The notes under the pieces were generated by a model. That model did not search any database and was not told the origin of the DNA. It worked only from the letters and a program-made list of their open reading frames with translations. From Ruditapes philippinarum (taxonomy: Eukaryota), in assembly GCF_026571515.1 (NCBI RefSeq), contig NW_026858509.1, positions 248,001 to 312,000 of the forward strand: a stretch of DNA of 64,000 nt. Direction: 5' to 3'. Below, piece by piece: positions 55,101-61,100 of the stretch. The translations under genes were made by a program, and so were the position numbers. Numbering within the stretch: the first letter of the stretch is position 1; every line of letters starts with the position of its first letter.

Positions 55101-58100
55101 AAATTAAATTCATGTTTACCAACTATTTAATTTCTTCCGATTTCAAAAGCCATCATGGTACCTGTCTGACGTATACTTAATACATGTTATTGCTTCATAC
55201 ATTTCATATTTAAAATTATTATTTAAAAATAAAGATTTCACTGGTTCCCATACTGTGTGTAAGATGTCTGCCTTTTTCAAAAAATGTTGTAACGCAATCT
55301 ACGATATTTCAGCCATGCTACTTTTGGTCACTTCTGGAGCGTTTCTTATACAATATCCTGTCATCACCGCTTCTTTATCTTGTTTGACATTTATTCATTT
55401 AAACACAAGTTGCCTTTAACATTTCATGGTTAATTTTGTTTTAAAGGTAAAGATTATAATCTCAGATGGCGCCATATTAGCGTTGCTATGAAGTTAAATA
55501 TCATTACGTTGCTCCGTCCGTTAATTTGACGTCATTTTTGCAACACAAAATGTACGCACCTTCATTGCCTATAATCGCCGTAAACAAGCTGTTTATTTAC
55601 GTATGACATCATAATTTACACTGAATATCATGTTATACTATCCTATGATGTCACAAAATTAAAACGAGAGATTGCATTAAAATTACATCTTTTAGCAACT
55701 TTTTATTCGAGTAGCTATCATCATGAAATCAAAGTGCTCCGTGGTTCGTTGATCATGTTGCCATGGTGATCGGCGCTTTGCGAATATTACTTTTATCATG
55801 TTTTTTAATTTAGAAATATGTAGCAGATAAATACTTAAGTAAAGTATTAAATCATCATATTGATATGTCTGCTTAAAATAATTTTATAGCCTTGTCTACG
55901 AACTTTCCGGACAGCCCTCGTACATGTATTTTCTGTAATGAATATACATTTTGTGTGAATATATATTTTATTTTTATACTTTAATTTATGACTTTTCTTG
56001 TAACAATTTTTACAAAGTGAATACTGTTTTTAGATATTTTTGGTATTTTTTTGCATTCCATTAACCAATATGCTTTAAAGGTGGAGTTTTAAAGTGATTG
56101 AGTATAGGTCAAGGTCACTGAGGCTAAATATAGATTTTCTTACTTTTTCTCATACTGCCATTTTTATGCTTGCAGAGCATTCATCAGTCTTGCTAATGTA
56201 TTCTTCTTGTTTGAATTTTTACTTTCTGCCATACTAAATATTGTATTTGGATTTCTCCATCTTTAAATCTTGACAAAATCATTTATCAGTTTTAGGGAAA
56301 ATTTCAAAATATGAATTGACTTAATATTGAGCAGTGCAGACAATGATGCTGCAATTTGTTAATTATAAACATACATATTTTTTCTTCTTTGTTTTCTGTA
56401 AATTTTCTGACCCAGTCATACTTTATAACTATTTCTTACTTGCTTATTATTATTTTTTTTTTATTTTGCTTTTTTTGTCTAAAGAAAAATACAAGGCTTT
56501 AAATATATATAAGGTTCAAATTTTGGTAATGATTGTTAGATAATGATATTATGTGAAGGTGTAAGTCACAGACTAACATTCATACTAACCTGGTGATATG
56601 CTGAGAACGTCAGTGGTTCTACTCAGGTGCCCATTTGTGCCTGAAATAATGCAAGGAAGGGCATGTGAGGTCTTCCTCTACCAGTATAGCTGAAAAGTCC
56701 CCATATGACCAATACTGAGTTGGTGCAATGTAAAAACCAAACCCCCCCCCCCCCCCAAAAAAAAAAAAATTAAAACATTAAGGTTTTCACATCCTTTGCT
56801 ATGGTCAAACCATTTGTGTGTGAGAGCTCCTTTCACCATTTGTAATTGTATTAAGACATATCCCTGTTCAACTATCATGTTCTAACTGTTGTATTATCTT
56901 TAAAAAATGTTTATTTTATTTATTATTGCTATACTGTTCATTATTTAGCAATCTTTCAGTCTTATAATCATGTGTCTGTGTGTTGTTTTTCTCTGTTGTT
57001 GTTTTCTCTTTTGTATAGTTATTTCAGACTTTTGTCTCCCTTTAGTAGTTAACTGCTTTACAACAAAGTTCCTTTAATGTTCAAGTCTTAATACTTCTAG
57101 TTCTTCTGTATTGCTTGAAAAAGATGTTTCGCTTTTAATCTCCAATAACTTCCTTTTTTTTCACTCCTTCCTTTGCAAAGTATATTTCATTATTACAAAA
57201 CAAAATATATCTTGAAATTCCATTATGCCCTAATGATTTTACTTTTTGAGATGATTCCATCATATTTAAAATAACACAAGTTTAATATTTGAAATTATCT
57301 AAATTGGATTTTTTTTATTGTAAAAGATATCTTAATAAGATGATTTTGTTTGTTTGTTTTTATTGTTGTTTTGTTTTTTGTTTTTGATTTTTAAATAATT
57401 TAGATTATGTGGATCTTTTTGACCCTTTGTTGTGCAAAAAATCTGAAAAAAAGTGTGATTCTCTTAATCAAAGTTTTCTTTAATGAGACATTATTTGAGC
57501 CACGCCATGACAAAACCAACATAATGGGTTTGCGACCAGCATGGATCCAGACCAGACTGCGCATCCGCGCAGTCTGATCAGGATCCATGCTGTTTGCTTA
57601 CAAACCCTATAACAAATAGAGAAACTGATAGCGAACAGCATGGATCCTGATCAGACTGTGCGGATGCGCAGGCTGGTCTGGATCCATGCTGGTCGCAAAC
57701 GCATTATGTTGGTTTTGTCGTGACGCGGCTCATTTGTTTGAATATATTTACAGAACTGCTGTAGATGTTAATGATGCGGTAGGGCAAAATCTACCAGGCT
57801 GCTCTCCTGTACCTTTCTCTATTGTTGAGGCAGTTTTGATCAACAACAGTGACTGTATTGACTCATTGCTTGTCGGAGTAGAGACACACCCTTGGAAGAC
57901 ATGCATCAGTGAATTCTTCTCAAGTGTCAGTATAAATAAAAATAGTTTTTAAATCTTTACCATAAATCATCCAGTTAGTTCATTTGGTAGAGTATTGGAC
58001 TGCGAATCGGGCGACTCTGGTTCAATTCCCAGATAATGCAAGTCACTTTTGTTATGATTGATCATGAAATCCTTTCTACGGTCATTTGCACTGTACCTCT

Positions 58101-61100
58101 GCTCTGGCATGAACAAATGATAATAGTTTCTTGCAAAAGTGAAGGGAACTAGTACTGGTAAACTCCTTGACAGGCTCTGTCCAGGAACAATGTGGTGGCT
58201 GAACTGTGCTCTGGTAAATTCAATATGGCTCCCTGTCGTGATCCAGAGGGTAAACTACCAACACCAAGTCCTAGACTTATGTGAACAACAACCCCCTTTT
58301 ACAGTCCCCCATTACTCATACATAAATTATGAATACCCTGTAGTCTCTTAACCAAATGCTACATTTTGGTGCTACTTTTATGCATACGAATAACTGTTTT
58401 GTTTGCAGTATCCATGATACAAATATTGGTTCATATTTTTGTAGAGCATACAGATCTCATTGTGTCTAGCATTCAGAAAATCTATGAATTATATGTCACA
58501 GGGTGAGAAAATTGGCATCCCTGACTGGGACTTTAACCTGGGACTCTCTGATAACTGTTCTGTAGGTCGACTGACTGAGCCAGCTCCCCTTCTGGTGAAC
58601 AGTTTTATACCATTACATTTTCCCCAGTTATAATAGAATTTGCTCTAAAGGGTACAGAGAAAAATGTGAATGGACTAGGAGTAAAATACATCATGTTGAG
58701 CAACAAAGGTCAGAGGGAGTGAAAAAAGTGCATCCTGACTGACATTGACCCTCAAAATACTGTTCTGTAGCTCTACCGACTGAGCATTAAGTTTACACAT
58801 TTTGTGTACATTTATTATTAGTGGTCTCTGCAAATACATGTAGTTTAATGAAGTAAAACATTTGATTCACAGCTAAATTTTTCAGATGAACATGCCTTCT
58901 GCCCATTTCCAGGGTTTTCTATAAATGTCATGAAGCTTAATTTGAGCAGCCAGTAGTATACATAACAGTAAAGCCTGGTCAGACAGGATATATTTGCAAC
59001 TTATAATTTGGGGCATAGGTTTGAAGGTTTTCACTTTTATGTGATGCTACAAAAACAACCGATTTTTGCCAAGTGTCAAGGGGGATACTGAACCAATTTT
59101 AACAGCATTGTAACAGATGATATGCATTGCCAGTCTGTTAATCATGAAAACTCTGTAGCATATAATGCATTATTCCTGCTTGTCTTTAAAGAGTTGAATT
59201 ATAGTAGATGTAATAAATGACAGAAAAATACTGCATGCTAGCCCACAGGAAGATGCTGGTTATCCAGCTTTTCAATGTTTGATAAAAAACAACAAAAAAT
59301 GATGCTTTTTTTATTTTTCAGTTTACATTGGAATCTATGTGTAAAGGTTACCAAGATTTCCTGAAATGTTTGATGACAACTGAGACAGTGTCACATGTTG
59401 ATTATGACTTGATAACACCTCATATGGAGACATTCAAATATCTAAACCAGTCTTGCACACAGCCAGGTAAATAAAATTTATTGTGCAAATTTGCAAAATG
59501 TTGTTATTGTTTATTGCTGCATGTACATGTATTTATTTAAGGCATGATCATTTGAAGTGTTATTTAACAAGTTAGAAATATTATTTTTAAATCATAACAT
59601 TTGGAGGAACACTATCTTGATAAGGTGAAATATGCATTTGAGCAAAGAAATATGTTGAAAACTCCAGGGAAACAAGCCGTTTTTCAATGTACAGTAAAAT
59701 CTCACTAATGAGACCACTGAAGGGATTTAACATATCTGGTCTTTATAACAGTATATTATACCTCATTTGCATATGCTCTTCTATATTTAATATGACGTCA
59801 CCCGGTCCATAAACCGCATACAGACCAGGGGCGGTCCATAATTCTTATGAAGACCGTTTAAACGTAACTTTCACGACGTGCGAATTTCACGATGACACAA
59901 ACAGAATGGCCAGGCGATTTGCCTTTTTATCAGAGACATAAATTTATTACATGTTGATCAAAAGTTAATTTAATTATAAATTTTATTTATACAGTTTTTG
60001 AAATTCTTAAAGTTCGGGTTTTTGGCCTAGTAACATTAAATATTTAATTTGATTAACAAAAATGGAATATTAAAAGAAGAGCATGATTTTTTTGCTGCAT
60101 CGCTTGAAAATAATAAAACAAAATCCGACTAGGGTTTTGGATATTTCACACACTGAACAAGTAAAATTATTATTTGAAAGAGAATAATAGTAAAATGACA
60201 GCACAAAACAAATGGATGAAAGGATTTAGATTCGGTATAATATAACAAATAAAACATGGCCTTTCGGGCAAAATGCAAGTTTACGGACTGGTTGGTCAGA
60301 CCTCGAAAGGAATATGGCCCTCAGCTGCGCTTCGGGCCATATACCTTCCTCAGTCTGACCAACCAGTCCGTAAACTTGCATATTGCCCTCAAGCCCATGT
60401 TTTATTTGTTAATTGGTCTCATTAATGAGTTTGGTAAGACAGAAAACCAAGCAAGACTTTTAAAGGATTTCATATTCATTGTACAAGTGTTTAATTCTGT
60501 TTAATTTATGTTTGTTCTATTTGCAGATGGTCCTATCCCTGCAGGTAAGAATTGTTATTAAATTATATTGTGAAATAAATCTAAAACCCTTCTTTTTTCT
60601 TCAAATAATTAGTTGTTTGAGTTTTGCTAAAATTCTTTAATATTTTCATATTGTTGCTCTGACAAGAGGAAGAGAAACTTTTAACCGAAATTACATCATT
60701 CTTTAATGTTATGGTTGAGTCCACATCTACTGTCATAATAAGTAATACTTAGTTCAGCCTCTGACAACTGTGTAGGGGAACAAATTCTTTTGCTCCATGG
60801 TCTAGATCGTTGTTATTTTCTCATGTAAGCTGGAGGTCAGGAGTTCATATCCCAGCCACAGTAGGATCATTTCTTATGCATTTGCATTTTTCTGTACCAA
60901 ACTAAAATGATAAAGGCTCATCTGGGGTGCCTGGCTCTTGGAATTTGTTTGAAAACAGAAATGGTTTCTGATTTAAAAAACAGAAACGGTTTCTGATTTA
61001 ATTATTAAAATAATTTCTGATTCTGTTTCTGATTTAAATATGGAAATGTTTTCTGATTTAACAACTGAAATGGTTTCTGATTTAAAAACAGAAATAGTTT

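Noticed and set aside
8200-55770. RFX X-box-like palindromes (gttaccatggcaa at ~8201, gttgccatggt at ~33751 and ~55757)
   Set aside because: All lie inside transposon bodies; no evidence that they regulate this gene.
48721-57753. Hidden exons or a nested gene in the 9-kb intron
   Set aside because: E52 joins E53 in phase with correct 16-residue spacing, and the paralogous block has no extra exon; the content is repeats.
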